In this document: piece by piece, positions 1 to 8,406 of the stretch
Layout of the letters: each line of letters starts with the position of its first letter
Position numbering within the stretch: position 1 is the stretch's first letter
Origin: Synechocystis sp. PCC 6803 substr. PCC-P
GTDB lineage: Bacteria; Cyanobacteriota; Cyanobacteriia; Cyanobacteriales; Microcystaceae
Assembly: GCF_000284455.1 (NCBI RefSeq)
Contig: NC_017039.1
Location: 210,001-242,000, forward strand
DNA: 32,000 bases
Direction of reading: 5' to 3'
Program-made: the position numbers and the translations under genes
The notes under the pieces: generated by a model
Told to the model about the DNA's origin: nothing
Seen by the model: the letters and a program-made list of their open reading frames with translations, nothing else
Database searches by the model: none

Positions 1-546
1 ATGGGCATTACTTAATTTTTGCAGGGCAGTGGGGGCGGCCACCACGGAGACCAAACGGATTAAATTGGCATCAATGTCCCGGGCCATCAGCAAATCCAAA
101 GCAGCCATGATGGTATTACCCGTAGCCAACATGGGATCTAGCAACAAAAGATGGGTACCGGGGGCAAACCGCTCCGGCAACTTGTTCAGATACAGACTAG
201 GTTCCAGGGTAGTTTCATTGCGCACTAAACCCAGATGGTAAATTTTTGCCAGGGGCAACAACCCCTGGGCCCCTTCCACCAGAGCCAACCCCGCCCGCAA
301 AATGGGCACAATGACAAAGGGCGTTTGGGGGTCAATAAGACTGGCCTTGGCGATCGCCAGGGGAGTTTTCACTTCCGTATCCACCGTCGGCAACCAATAA
401 CGAGCGGCCTCATAGGTCAACCAACGTCCCAATTCCCCCATGGCAGTTTTAAACAAAACCGGCGGCGTGTTTTCATCCCTAGCTACCCCCAACCAATGCT
501 TAATTAGAGGATGCTCCGGCACATAAACACGTAATTGAGAAGCCAT
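1..546 (-). CDS. upp: Uracil phosphoribosyltransferase; the first 182 codons are present and the 3' end is cut by the window edge
   Basis: Absent from the ORF track because it is open at the window edge. My reverse-complement translation from the ATG (complement of 544-546) reads MASQLRVYVPEHPLIKHWLGVARDENTPPVLFKTAMGELGRWLTYEAARYWLPTVDTEVKTPLAIAKASLIDPQTPFVIVPILRAGLALVEGAQGLLPLAKI...THLLLLDPMLATGNT. This carries the Upp VPILRAGL motif and the PRPP-binding DPMLATG motif. Confidence 0.85.
   Translation of the reverse strand, partial: MASQLRVYVPEHPLIKHWLGVARDENTPPVLFKTAMGELGRWLTYEAARYWLPTVDTEVKTPLAIAKASLIDPQTPFVIVPILRAGLALVEGAQGLLPLAKIYHLGLVRNETTLEPSLYLNKLPERFAPGTHLLLLDPMLATGNTIMAALDLLMARDIDANLIRLVSVVAAPTALQKLSNAH
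350..357. repeat. HIP1 (highly iterated palindrome GCGATCGC); one example of about 37 copies in the window
   Basis: My manual scan found perfect GCGATCGC starting at 350, 2329, 2730, 3467, 4886, 6015, 6614, 7752, 8494, 10694, 11395, 11490, 12024, 12585, 13220, 13682, 14540, 14996, 15531, 16731, 16910, 18552, 19449, 20075, 21769, 22635, 22905, 24018, 24990, 25989, 26145, 27095, 28119, 29114, 30059, 30914 and 31479. The list may be incomplete. This is roughly one copy per 0.9 kb, far above chance and characteristic of Synechocystis-type cyanobacterial genomes. Confidence 0.9.
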
Positions 547-780
547 GGGAAAACTTAAAAGTTAATATCTAAAATTTAATTTTGTTAATCTTGGCCGTTG
601 GGGAACCGAAAAATGGGCTAAAAGTTAGGACGTGGTCTCACCGTCGGTAACAATTCACCGCGGAACTCCACTGTAGCTCAGATCGGGTTACCGGAAGTTG
701 GGGCATTGGGAAGGGAAAGGTTTTCTGCCATACTTTGGGCAGGGATTTCCCCCAAGTTCAACGACAGACAGGCAAGCATT

Positions 781-1629
781 ATGAGCAAACAACCATCCTT
801 TGACGGCTGGCAGTCCATTGTGGGGGGGCTGATCGCCGCCTTGCTAGTCCTGCTGAGTTTTAACTCCTTTGTGGTGATTAACCCTGGTCAAGCCGGTGTG
901 TTGAGTGTGTTGGGTAAAGCCCAGGACGGAGCCCTACTAGAAGGCATTCATTTCAAACCGCCCCTGGTATCGTCGGTGGATATTTACGATGTGACGGTGC
1001 AAAAATTTGAAGTGCCGGCCCAAAGCTCCACTAAGGATTTGCAAGATTTGTCTGCCAGCTTTGCCATTAATTTCCGCCTCGATCCCACCGAGGTCGTTAC
1101 CATTCGCCGCACCCAAGGCACGTTACAAAATATTGTCGCCAAGATTATTGCTCCCCAAACCCAGGAATCTTTTAAAATTGCCGCCGCGCGACGCACAGTG
1201 GAAGAAGCCATCACCAAACGGAGCGAGTTGAAGGAAGACTTTGATAACGCCCTTAATTCCCGCCTGGAGAAATACGGCATCATTGTTCTGGACACCAGTG
1301 TGGTGGATTTAGCCTTCTCCCCCGAATTTGCCAAGGCGGTGGAGGAAAAACAAATTGCTGAGCAGAGAGCCCAGCGGGCAGTGTATGTGGCCCAGGAAGC
1401 GGAACAACAGGCCCAGGCGGACATCAACCGAGCCAAGGGGAAGGCAGAAGCCCAACGGTTACTGGCGGAAACTTTAAAAGCTCAGGGGGGGGAATTAGTC
1501 CTACAAAAAGAGGCGATCGAAGCTTGGCGGGAAGGGGGGGCTCCCATGCCCAAGGTTTTGGTGATGGGGGGAGAAGGCAAGGGGTCTGCGGTTCCCTTTA
1601 TGTTTAACCTAACTGACCTGGCTAACTAG
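781..1629 (+). CDS. phb1: Prohibitin-type SPFH/band-7 membrane protein
   Basis: The track ORF 706..1629 begins at a TTG. The first ATG, at 781, gives MSKQPSFDGW followed by one N-terminal TM helix (IVGGLIAALLVLLSF). An SPFH domain follows (VINPGQAGVLSVLGK..., IIAPQTQESFK) and then an Ala/Glu/Gln-rich coiled coil (EKQIAEQRAQRAVYVAQEAEQQAQADINRAKGKAEAQR). I recall this as slr1106/Phb1. Confidence 0.85.
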   Translation: MSKQPSFDGWQSIVGGLIAALLVLLSFNSFVVINPGQAGVLSVLGKAQDGALLEGIHFKPPLVSSVDIYDVTVQKFEVPAQSSTKDLQDLSASFAINFRLDPTEVVTIRRTQGTLQNIVAKIIAPQTQESFKIAAARRTVEEAITKRSELKEDFDNALNSRLEKYGIIVLDTSVVDLAFSPEFAKAVEEKQIAEQRAQRAVYVAQEAEQQAQADINRAKGKAEAQRLLAETLKAQGGELVLQKEAIEAWREGGAPMPKVLVMGGEGKGSAVPFMFNLTDLAN

Positions 1630-1733
1630 CGGCAGCGGGGAAGTTATAGGTCCCAGGGCTCCTGCCTGACCTTTAGGTCCATTCTTATAATCGGATTAAT
1701 CGGATAACGCCATCTTTTCCACCGAGGTTCCCC

Positions 1734-3068
1734 ATGGCAGGTAACGAGAATATTGCCGAACCCCAGCCGGTCTATACGGGCACCATTCTTTATCCTTCCC
1801 CCAGTCCCTATGCTTTGGCCATTACTCCTCTGGTCCAGCTCAAGAAAATTTTCCAATCCCTCTACACCAGTTTATTAAAAATGATGTGGCAGGAGTTGTG
1901 GGCGGGGGAGGTGCAAAACAATGAAGCTTTCAATCTCATCCTTTTTTTGATTTTTCTGCTTCTTTGTTGGTTAACGTTTAGCTTCCGTACCGCTAGCCAA
2001 TGGTTGTTTACTTTATTCTTTCTTTTCTGGTTTATTGACAACTCCATTACCCATCGAAATTTTCAGGAAGGCCATTACATTCGTCGGGTTTACCTCCGTC
2101 GCCATGGGACAGAAAATTTACATTGGCAACTGCAACTATCCCACAGTGCTCCCCTCTCGATGGAGTTTAATCCAGGACAGGTAAGGGCCATTGGGGTGCG
2201 GCGACGGGAAATTAGGGGGGGAGCCTTTCAGGACAAATTGGCGACGGTGTGGCAGGGACAACTGCTTTTATACGATGGGTCTGATTGGATTTTTGAGGAA
2301 GATCAAAACCTCGACCCGGTGCTAGAGGCGATCGCCGTGATTCAAGAACTGCTCGGGGAACCGGTGCCGGTGGCTTTTGAAGCTAGCCATGGGTTGGGAG
2401 CCTATGCCCTTAATAGGATTACACCCCAGGAGGAAGCAAAGCTGTTACAACAAGGACAAGGGGTGGGGGTGAAAAGAACAGAGCGTAAATGGCAGATTTT
2501 TTCCCGTTGGCGCTGGGGGGATTCTTGGCTATTAATTCAACAGATTTTTCGAGAGTCGGGTTTCCTCTTATTTGTGATATTGATGATGGGATTTATGGTG
2601 CAATTGGGGGCTATTTTGGATGGTTTTAGACGGGCATTTGCTGGGGAGATGGTTTACGTTGAAATACCGGATAATTTCGGTTTAATGCTGCCCTGGCAGG
2701 ATTGGCGCATTGGTCTGCCCCTATTGCTGGCGATCGCCATTATGATTTACCGGGGCTGGCGTCTGAGTCGGGTTAAGCACTGTGCTGTGGATCAACATTT
2801 TGTGCGGGCCAGTTTGGACCATCAACCCCTGGGTAAACTACCTACCGAGGCGGTGGAAACAGTATTGACAGTGGGACAGGACAAACCAGAAATTTTGGTC
2901 TTAACCGCCAGCCGTAGTCTAATCATTCCCTCTTTCCAACGGCTAGAAGAAGCCCTGGTGTACACCTGTGTCCTTACCAAGGCGATCGACGCATTCACCC
3001 TAGGCAAACACCAAGCAGAAGTTACTGAAACTACCACACATCCAAAGGAATTTGGGGGCGAACCTTGA
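1734..3068 (+). CDS. Hypothetical integral membrane protein (family not recognised)
   Basis: A 444-codon ATG ORF. It has two pairs of hydrophobic helices (FNLILFLIFLLLCWLTFSF and WLFTLFFLFWFI; GFLLFVILMMGFMVQLGAIL and IGLPLLLAIAIMIY) separated by a soluble region of about 170 aa. Contains HIP1 sites typical of the host genome. Confidence 0.6.
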   Translation: MAGNENIAEPQPVYTGTILYPSPSPYALAITPLVQLKKIFQSLYTSLLKMMWQELWAGEVQNNEAFNLILFLIFLLLCWLTFSFRTASQWLFTLFFLFWFIDNSITHRNFQEGHYIRRVYLRRHGTENLHWQLQLSHSAPLSMEFNPGQVRAIGVRRREIRGGAFQDKLATVWQGQLLLYDGSDWIFEEDQNLDPVLEAIAVIQELLGEPVPVAFEASHGLGAYALNRITPQEEAKLLQQGQGVGVKRTERKWQIFSRWRWGDSWLLIQQIFRESGFLLFVILMMGFMVQLGAILDGFRRAFAGEMVYVEIPDNFGLMLPWQDWRIGLPLLLAIAIMIYRGWRLSRVKHCAVDQHFVRASLDHQPLGKLPTEAVETVLTVGQDKPEILVLTASRSLIIPSFQRLEEALVYTCVLTKAIDAFTLGKHQAEVTETTTHPKEFGGEP

Positions 3069-5037
3069 GTCGCACCAGTACACCGGTCAAATTGTCATGG
3101 CCATTGTATTCATTGGCCGCCTCCATTAATTTTCTCAGGCCCCGGTCTACGTCTTGGCTGGAGCTAACATAGGGCAGCAGTAGTTCTTGCCAGTGTTCTT
3201 CGACAAAATCATTGTCGGAAATCCCATCAGAACAGAGCAGAATCAGACAATCTTCTTCAATTTCAAAAATTGCTACGTCCGGTTGGAGATAACTACTGCT
3301 ATGGGGTCCCAAGGCCTGGGTCAACTGATAGGCATCGGGGCGAGCATAGGCCAATGTCGGATCCAGCCCGTTAAGAATGGCCTGTTGGCCCACCTCATGG
3401 TCCACCGTCAACTGCTCTAAACCATTTTTGCGGGTGACTCGGTAAATACGACTGTCCCCCACGTGGGCGATCGCCATGGTGGTGTCTTTAACTAGCATCA
3501 TCACCAGCGTAGTACCCATGCGGCCACTGCCGGAACTAGCATTACTTTGATTAACTTCGTAAATTTTTTGGTTAGCTAGATTAATCCCTTCAGTGATGGT
3601 ATTTTTGTCCGGCAACCTATTGGCCATGACAATTTGGAAATACTCCAGCAGGGTCTTGACCCCCATCTGACTGGCCACCTCCCCTGCCGCATGGCCCCCC
3701 ATACCGTCACAGACCACATAAACCCCCTGGGCCTTGATGGTCTTGCCATGGTTATTACGATGGGTTTCCACACTTGTGGTGATACCGAAAAAATCTTCAT
3801 TATGCTGTCGGTGCCCACCCCGGTCAGTGTAGCCCGCATCCACCAGGCTAATTAACTGCATAGGTAATACCGCTGTGGGGACATCGTCCACCTCTTCCGA
3901 GTCAAACACATTGACATCAGGCATGGTAACAGGATTAATGCTGGGAGCAACTTCCTCGCTTTTGAAAGCACTTTCTCCACTTTCTATCGCCGCAAAAACA
4001 TCATCAGGAATTTGCTCAAAATCCACTTCATGGATAATGAAATTTTCCCCTTCCTCCTCCACCGTAATCACTAAATCTTCGATGTCCGCAAACAAATCAT
4101 CTACATCTTGATACTCGCCCTGGGCCGCTCTTTGCAGTATGGCCAACAAGTCCTCCCCTGCCGAGGGTACCGGACTAAAATAACCATGTAACAGAGAGCC
4201 AAATTCCTCTAGGGAAACTGGCGTTCCGCCATTGGCATAAATTTGTTCTAGGGCGATGTTTTGGTCTTCATCAACTAGCAGATTTTGCCCCATCAACAGC
4301 CCTTTACCGCAGCCAGCCGAGGAAAGTTGCTGCCAGAGTTGGAAAAGTTGATTGATCCAAAAAACCATTTCCAATCCCGGCAGAGAGTCCCCTTCGTCCC
4401 GCAGCACATCTGCTAACACATCCCATTCGGAACGGTCCTCCATCAAGACAAAACCATAATCTCCGTCACACCAGGCATCGTAGACTTCGGGGATTTTGGG
4501 CATCAACACCGGAAAGCGAAAGTAGGGAATGATCGCCTTGGGTAAATTCAAGCTTGACCAAGTGTCATTGGCCATAATTTCCCCATCGGACATTTGGGGT
4601 AACCTGGTTAACAAGTCTCCCTGCTGGGACAACAACACTTTTAGTACAGAAGGCTGTAAAGGTTGGCAGTCCACCACCCTGCTTTTGAGCACGATTTGTT
4701 CCCCTTCCCCCACTTCATCCACCACAAATGGGTTTTCTTCCACGGGAGTGAGGAGTTGGTAGCGTTGACCCACATCAATGAAGTTTTCATAAAGCCTGAT
4801 CCCTTGGGGATCAAAACTCTGTTCCGGTTTCCCATCCGGGCCCACCGCCACTGGCACCGTGACCAACACTGTTAATATCTGACCGGCGATCGCCCCGCAA
4901 TGGGGACAATGGGCTTCTCCGTACTGCACCATTTCTCCGCACTGATTACAGGGATGCTCCTTCAGGGACGCCCCACACTTTTGGCAATCAGTGTTGCGAT
5001 TAGGATTTTCGGCGGAGCACTGGAGACAGATCAGCAT
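3031..5037 (-). CDS. PPM/PP2C-family Ser/Thr protein phosphatase with an N-terminal double zinc ribbon and a central degenerate kinase-like region
   Basis: The C-terminal ~260 aa carry PP2C motifs (RQHNEDFF, YVVCDGMGGHAAGEVAS, HVGDSRIY, LLCSDGISD, GHDNLTGVLV). The N-terminus has CLQC..CQKC and CNQC..CPHC pairs. I recall it as sll1033. Confidence 0.9.
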   Translation of the reverse strand: MLICLQCSAENPNRNTDCQKCGASLKEHPCNQCGEMVQYGEAHCPHCGAIAGQILTVLVTVPVAVGPDGKPEQSFDPQGIRLYENFIDVGQRYQLLTPVEENPFVVDEVGEGEQIVLKSRVVDCQPLQPSVLKVLLSQQGDLLTRLPQMSDGEIMANDTWSSLNLPKAIIPYFRFPVLMPKIPEVYDAWCDGDYGFVLMEDRSEWDVLADVLRDEGDSLPGLEMVFWINQLFQLWQQLSSAGCGKGLLMGQNLLVDEDQNIALEQIYANGGTPVSLEEFGSLLHGYFSPVPSAGEDLLAILQRAAQGEYQDVDDLFADIEDLVITVEEEGENFIIHEVDFEQIPDDVFAAIESGESAFKSEEVAPSINPVTMPDVNVFDSEEVDDVPTAVLPMQLISLVDAGYTDRGGHRQHNEDFFGITTSVETHRNNHGKTIKAQGVYVVCDGMGGHAAGEVASQMGVKTLLEYFQIVMANRLPDKNTITEGINLANQKIYEVNQSNASSGSGRMGTTLVMMLVKDTTMAIAHVGDSRIYRVTRKNGLEQLTVDHEVGQQAILNGLDPTLAYARPDAYQLTQALGPHSSSYLQPDVAIFEIEEDCLILLCSDGISDNDFVEEHWQELLLPYVSSSQDVDRGLRKLMEAANEYNGHDNLTGVLVRLKVRPQIPLDVW

Positions 5038-5503
5038 AATTTAGGCGAGACGCAATGGATTGAGATAACTGGGACAAACAACCACCAGTTTTTCCGGAAA
5101 AGACCCCACTTTGCCGCTAAAACAACAATTAAGCTGAGTTGGGGGAAAAACCGTGACTATGGGCGAGGAGGAGGAATTTTTAGGGAGACGCTAATTTTCC
5201 AACACCATCCCCTTCATGGTAAATACCTTAGCTTAAAAATTAGACACTACCTCAACTAACTCTACTTTTGTGGGTATTACCTCACTTTTAAAGGTTTAAC
5301 CAGTTTTTTCTCCCCCCGCTGTTGGTGATACGGCTGGTTGAAATACAATCAAGAGAGTAGCGCTTTCTACAAAGCTTATATTGAAGGCACTTGAGACGTT
5401 TACATTGCACTATTTTTAGTCGAATTAGTCATATCGTTGCCCCAATGCCTTATCCAGGATAAGTACACCACTGTGCCCGTCTGATGCTCTAGTGACAATC
5501 CAT

Positions 5504-6229
5504 TTAAGAACTAAAATATCGTCGTTCCGGAAATAGGGTTAAGAGTAACTGATTAATGTAAACCTGACCCACTACGGGAGGCTTTTCTTGTACTTCTTCT
5601 GAAACTAATGGCGCAGTGGTGACCACCGTCGGAGCAGTTGGCGTCGATTCCCCAGGGGATCGATTTGAGGAAATCTGTTCTGCGGCCTCGGCGGTTGATG
5701 GCCTTGATTGCCTGGCAATGGATTCTTTTGCTTGATCTGACGGGGAATCTGTCCCCTTTGCAGGGGGCTCGTTGTCCCAGGGGGAAGGAATAGGGGCAAT
5801 GGGGTTTGCGGTTGAAGGGGATTTTTTTTCAGTAACGCTGTCAGTTGTTGGAGAACTAGCCCCTACCGTCTGGACATCGGCAACCCGATTCATTAATAAG
5901 GAGCCGGGAGGAATTAGGACCTGGGCATCAATATCCTGCTGAAAAACGGTACTCCGGGAACCGAGACAAGCTGTTGCCCCAATGGTCACTGGCCCGATTA
6001 CTAGACAGCCAGGGGCGATCGCCGTCTGCTCCTGAATTTTCACGTCACCGGCATGGGCGCTAATCACACTGCCTAAACCAATGCAGACTCCGGCTTCAAT
6101 GGTAATTTGACAATCCGGAGCCGCTTCTAAAATAACCCCCGGAGCAATGACCGCTGTTTCGTGAATGATCACGTTACCACTCACAAAATATTCAGAAAGA
6201 CTAACACTGTGAACGGGCGGTAACTGCAT
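5504..6229 (-). CDS. ccmN: Carboxysome assembly protein CcmN
   Basis: The N-terminal half is a hexapeptide-repeat left-handed beta-helix (GNVIIHETAVIAPGVILEAAPDCQITIEAGVCIGLGSVISAHAGDVKI...). A Pro/Ser/Thr/Ala-rich linker follows, then a short C-terminal amphipathic peptide (VVGQVYINQLLLTLFPE) of the encapsulation-peptide type. The gene sits 10-34 nt after ccmM. The track ORF starts at a TTG (6253); I prefer the first ATG at 6229 (MQLPPVHS, 241 aa). Confidence 0.9.
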   Translation of the reverse strand: MQLPPVHSVSLSEYFVSGNVIIHETAVIAPGVILEAAPDCQITIEAGVCIGLGSVISAHAGDVKIQEQTAIAPGCLVIGPVTIGATACLGSRSTVFQQDIDAQVLIPPGSLLMNRVADVQTVGASSPTTDSVTEKKSPSTANPIAPIPSPWDNEPPAKGTDSPSDQAKESIARQSRPSTAEAAEQISSNRSPGESTPTAPTVVTTAPLVSEEVQEKPPVVGQVYINQLLLTLFPERRYFSS

Positions 6230-6263
6230 GGCAAAATCCGGGGGGCTGGTCAACTAGTAATTA

Positions 6264-8327
6264 CTAGGGACGCTGAATAATGGTTTCCAACACCCGCCGT
6301 TTAGCCGTGGGATCTATGCCTAGTAAGCGGACATATTCGCCGTTATGGTCTGCCAAACAACCTTCTAGGGCCCGCAACACTTCCGACTCGTGGGTACTGG
6401 TGATAGGGGCACAACTCTGCCAGGATTTGGCTTTAAAGCGACGTTTATCCGTGTGTTCGGTGCCAATTTTGTAACCCTGGGCCAGGAGGGAACGCACCTG
6501 GGTAACCACGCTGTTATCTAGGCGCACGGCAGAATTACTGTAACCACCACCATTGCCACTGCCAAAGCCATTGCTGGAGGCACTACTGGATGTACTAGCA
6601 CTAGACGAAGACGGCGATCGCCCAGCAACAACGTTGTCCCCTGGACGTTGAATAATCTGTTCTAACACCCGTCGCTTACCAACCCGGTCAATACCAATAA
6701 TCCGCACATACTCCCCGGCATGATCTGCTAGGCAAGCTTCCAATTTGGCTAAAACTTCAGCTTCCCGGCCACCATCAATGGTGGGACAAGTATCCCAGGA
6801 TTTGGCCTTAAAGCGACGTTTATCTGTGTGTTCGGTACCAATGCTATGGCCGTTGGCGAGTAATCCCCGCACCGTTGCTATCACTTCTGGGGTTAAACCA
6901 CCAGCACTAGAGCCCCCGGCGGAGCTCACAGGGGCAGACTTATAGCCAACGGAACTGCTGGAACTAGAAGGTTTACCATTGCCATTACCATTGGGACGGT
7001 GTACAACAATTTCTGCCACCCGCCGCTTACCGGCTGGATCAATACCGATAATGCGCACATACTCATTGGTGTGGTCGGCCAGGAAACGATTTAATTCCTG
7101 CAAAGCTTCCCCTTCCCGATGACTACCAATGGTGCCTCCAGTTAACCAAGAGCCGGTTTTGAAGCGACGGGCACTGGCATATTCCAAGCCGATTTTATAA
7201 CCCTGATGCAACAGGGCCCGCAACTGGTTAGCACTATCCCCAGCTAAGTTACCTGTTTGGTGGGCCACCGCACTCCGGCCGCTACCGCCACTGCTTAGGG
7301 CTTTGGTGGTGGTGGTACCCCGACTAGGAGAACCGGGAACATCACCGGGGCGTTGAATAATCACTTCCACTACCCGGCGTTTAGCCCCCTGGTCAATGCC
7401 AATGAGGCGGACATATTCCCCCGCAAACTCCTGGAGCCAACCTTCCACCGTGGCAATAACCTGGTCGGGACGGAAACCATCGGCGGTGCCACAGCTCTGC
7501 CAAGATTTGGTTTTGAAACGTCGTTCGTTGGCGTGTTCCGCCCCGATACCATAGCCCTGGGCCAGGAGGGAGCGGATCTGGTTGGTAATGTCAGAATTAA
7601 TACTCATGTTGTCTATGGAATTTATATAGGGGGTTTCAGTAACGGGGGTAACGGCGGGGAGGGACTCCGGCAACACACACACGGTTGGATCAGTTCCCTG
7701 GGTTGGAGAAGCACTTTGTCCGTGCATGGCCGCAATCTGCTGGACAAAATGGCGATCGCCAGCTTGCACATCCGGTAAACTATCCGCCTGGTGTTGCTGG
7801 GTAATCATGGCACCGGAGGGCACCAATTTGTTGGGGGGAATTTCCACATCCTGAACTAGGGAATGCATCATCACCACCGCCCCATCCCCCACCCGTGCAT
7901 TGAGCACAGTGGAACGGAAACCAATGAAGCAATTAGCGCCGAGGTAAACTGGGCCGTGGACCAAAGCCAAATGGGCCACACAGGTGCCCGGCCCAATCCA
8001 AACAGAATATTCCTGGTCATCATCCCCCAGCACCCGACCAGTTTCTAAGCCATGGATCACCACTCCATGTTGGATCAGCACATTACCGCCAATCCAAAAG
8101 GGCGTGCCCTCGTCCGCTCGAATGGAGCTCCCAGGGGCAACACTGACCCCGGGCTGAATGCGCACATCCCCCACCACATTGGCAAACGAATGCACGTAGG
8201 CCGTCGGGTCAATCTGGGGGTCTGCTAAATGTTTGGACCAAGGCCTGGAAGCCAAGGCGGTGCGAGATCCCATGCAATAGTTCCTCCTAGATACAGCCAA
8301 CAACCAGCCCAGGGACTTTGCCAGCAC
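6264..8327 (-). CDS. ccmM: Carboxysome scaffold protein CcmM (gamma-carbonic-anhydrase-like domain plus four RbcS-like SSUL modules)
   Basis: The N-terminal gamma-CA/LbH domain reads [55 protein letters not shown].... It is followed by four ~85-aa repeats ending in GEYVR(L/I)(I/L)GID...KRRV..(I/V)(I/V)(Q/H)RP. Coordinate 8327 is a GTG. An ATG at 8273 with an AGGAGG 9 nt upstream is the more likely true start (see findings). Confidence 0.95.
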   Translation of the reverse strand: MLAKSLGWLLAVSRRNYCMGSRTALASRPWSKHLADPQIDPTAYVHSFANVVGDVRIQPGVSVAPGSSIRADEGTPFWIGGNVLIQHGVVIHGLETGRVLGDDDQEYSVWIGPGTCVAHLALVHGPVYLGANCFIGFRSTVLNARVGDGAVVMMHSLVQDVEIPPNKLVPSGAMITQQHQADSLPDVQAGDRHFVQQIAAMHGQSASPTQGTDPTVCVLPESLPAVTPVTETPYINSIDNMSINSDITNQIRSLLAQGYGIGAEHANERRFKTKSWQSCGTADGFRPDQVIATVEGWLQEFAGEYVRLIGIDQGAKRRVVEVIIQRPGDVPGSPSRGTTTTKALSSGGSGRSAVAHQTGNLAGDSANQLRALLHQGYKIGLEYASARRFKTGSWLTGGTIGSHREGEALQELNRFLADHTNEYVRIIGIDPAGKRRVAEIVVHRPNGNGNGKPSSSSSSVGYKSAPVSSAGGSSAGGLTPEVIATVRGLLANGHSIGTEHTDKRRFKAKSWDTCPTIDGGREAEVLAKLEACLADHAGEYVRIIGIDRVGKRRVLEQIIQRPGDNVVAGRSPSSSSASTSSSASSNGFGSGNGGGYSNSAVRLDNSVVTQVRSLLAQGYKIGTEHTDKRRFKAKSWQSCAPITSTHESEVLRALEGCLADHNGEYVRLLGIDPTAKRRVLETIIQRP
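6267..7595 (-). repeat. Four intragenic SSUL (Rubisco small-subunit-like) repeat units of ccmM separated by Ser/Gly/Thr-rich linkers
   Basis: I mapped the units codon by codon: 7344-7595, 6987-7241, 6639-6896 and 6267-6521. Units 3 and 4 share a 48-nt stretch with only 3 mismatches (6420-6467 vs 6795-6842, peptide [12 protein letters not shown]). Units 1 and 2 are clearly more diverged at the DNA level. Confidence 0.9.
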
Positions 8328-8406
8328 TGCATCGGGTTCAAATATGTCCCAAGCAAAATCCTAGTTCCTCCACTGGATAGGAAGGATAGGAAAAAAGGGG
8401 GGAGCG

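Noticed and set aside
984-1436. Track ORFs lying antisense to, or out of frame within, strongly recognisable genes. Examples: 984..1436(-) in phb1; 7353..7778(+) and 6280..6945(+) in ccmM; 10225..10750(+) in gltD; 12557..12841(-) in the ankyrin gene; 22809..23357(-) and 23555..23962(-) in chlD; 26389..26832(+) in ald; 30870..31441(+) in hhoA.
   Set aside because: Each is fully nested in a gene with clear family motifs on the other strand or frame. Each encodes a compositionally odd, motif-free peptide and has no independent start context. They are best explained as chance open frames in GC-moderate DNA.
1485-1540. Homopolymer tracts inside coding regions: G8 (1485-1492) and G7 (1534-1540) in phb1, and C8 (23025-23032) in the chlD polyproline linker. 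These could be slipped-strand phase-variation sites.
   Set aside because: They encode Gly-Gly(-Gly) and Pro runs that fit the local protein context (a flexible tail and a Pro-rich linker). Phase variation by such tracts is not a known feature of these housekeeping genes, and the frames are intact.
4900-5259. A 119-aa + strand ORF spanning the PP2C start and part of the ccmN-PP2C spacer.
   Set aside because: Its first third is antisense to the zinc-ribbon coding region. The peptide has no recognisable features and there is no SD. It is more likely a chance ORF, although the spacer itself is flagged separately.
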